A DNA stretch of 64,000 nt, from NCBI GenBank assembly GCA_040954595.2, contig CM082577.2, forward strand, positions 14,887,903 to 14,951,902, given 5' to 3'. The notes below the pieces were generated by a model. The model was given only the letters and a program-made list of their open reading frames with translations, ran no database searches and was not told the origin of the DNA. The position numbers and the translations under genes were made by a program. The stretch is from Balanoglossus misakiensis. Its lineage: Eukaryota; Animalia; Hemichordata. Numbering within the stretch: the first letter of the stretch is position 1; each line of letters begins with the position of its first letter. This document shows, in pieces, positions 63,231 through 64,000 of the stretch.

Positions 63231-64000
63231 TTAATATGTTGATTAGATGACAGTTTTTCTAAACCAGGACAAGATTTCGACAATTGCGTTTACGGACGAT
63301 AGATTTTTCGTAAGAAACAAATGGCTGTCGCTTATCCCTTATGCTGCCAAAGTTTGTGAAGCTGGTTTGATTTCCAGGTTGCCTAGAATCCTGGCACAAA
63401 GGCCTGTTTGGCTGCCAAGTGTGTGTTACTCGGTAGGGCCTTTACAAGACCCTCAGCCAAACCAGTGAAAACCAGTACTATATAGTACATTTTGCGGGGG
63501 TCTAAAATGCAAAGGTATGTCTAATTACATTATATTATGTACCGGTATGTGAGCCATACCGTTCAAAATAGGTTTAGAAAGAGAAAATGGCATATATATA
63601 TTTTAAAGGACTTGACACCCTAAACAGGTATGACACCCATTAGTGTTAGGGTTAAACTGATCATGTCATGAAATAAAGCATCTGCCATATTGGAATTTAC
63701 AGTGAACGTCCAAATGCACACCAAATTCATACAGCTGGTTTTGAAAGAAGACAGCTCTGTGAAGGATAGTTCTTTTAAATGATCATGGTATGAATTCATA
63801 AAAAAATTACATTCAACATCAGAAGTTTACTTTGAACACACAAATGATGCAGTGTTGAAATGCCTCTACAAACCCATGAATTGATATAAAAAATTATGAA
63901 TATCAGCCAAGTTTTATCATTCATTCAAAAAATACCCTGTGACCCATGTAGAAGTATGGTCTCGGTAAAAGGTTCCAATGCTCGTCCCATTCTATTGTTG

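Overview
AT-rich, intron-containing animal genomic DNA (probably a marine invertebrate; inference), mostly made of transposable elements. The main object is a complete 12.2-kb DNA transposon (4019-16265) with 395-bp near-perfect terminal inverted repeats (TIRs; CAGGCCCTCC...GGAGGGCCTG) and a 5-bp target-site duplication (TSD; GGAGA) in a palindromic target. It carries two convergent, spliced genes. The + strand gene has six coding exons and an intact ~1525-aa frame: a P-element-like DDE transposase with a YqaJ/lambda-exonuclease domain between its first two putative catalytic Asp residues, plus a SAP-like motif. The - strand gene encodes a 7-finger C2H2 protein, split in this copy by a pogo-type MITE. 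The rest of the window holds decayed L2-like, piggyBac, Copia, hAT and RTE remnants, many nested MITEs, a Helentron-like element with a 239-bp satellite array, and a locally duplicated small gene for an unrecognised ~110-aa helical protein. Gene models and family calls were made by eye, without database searches.
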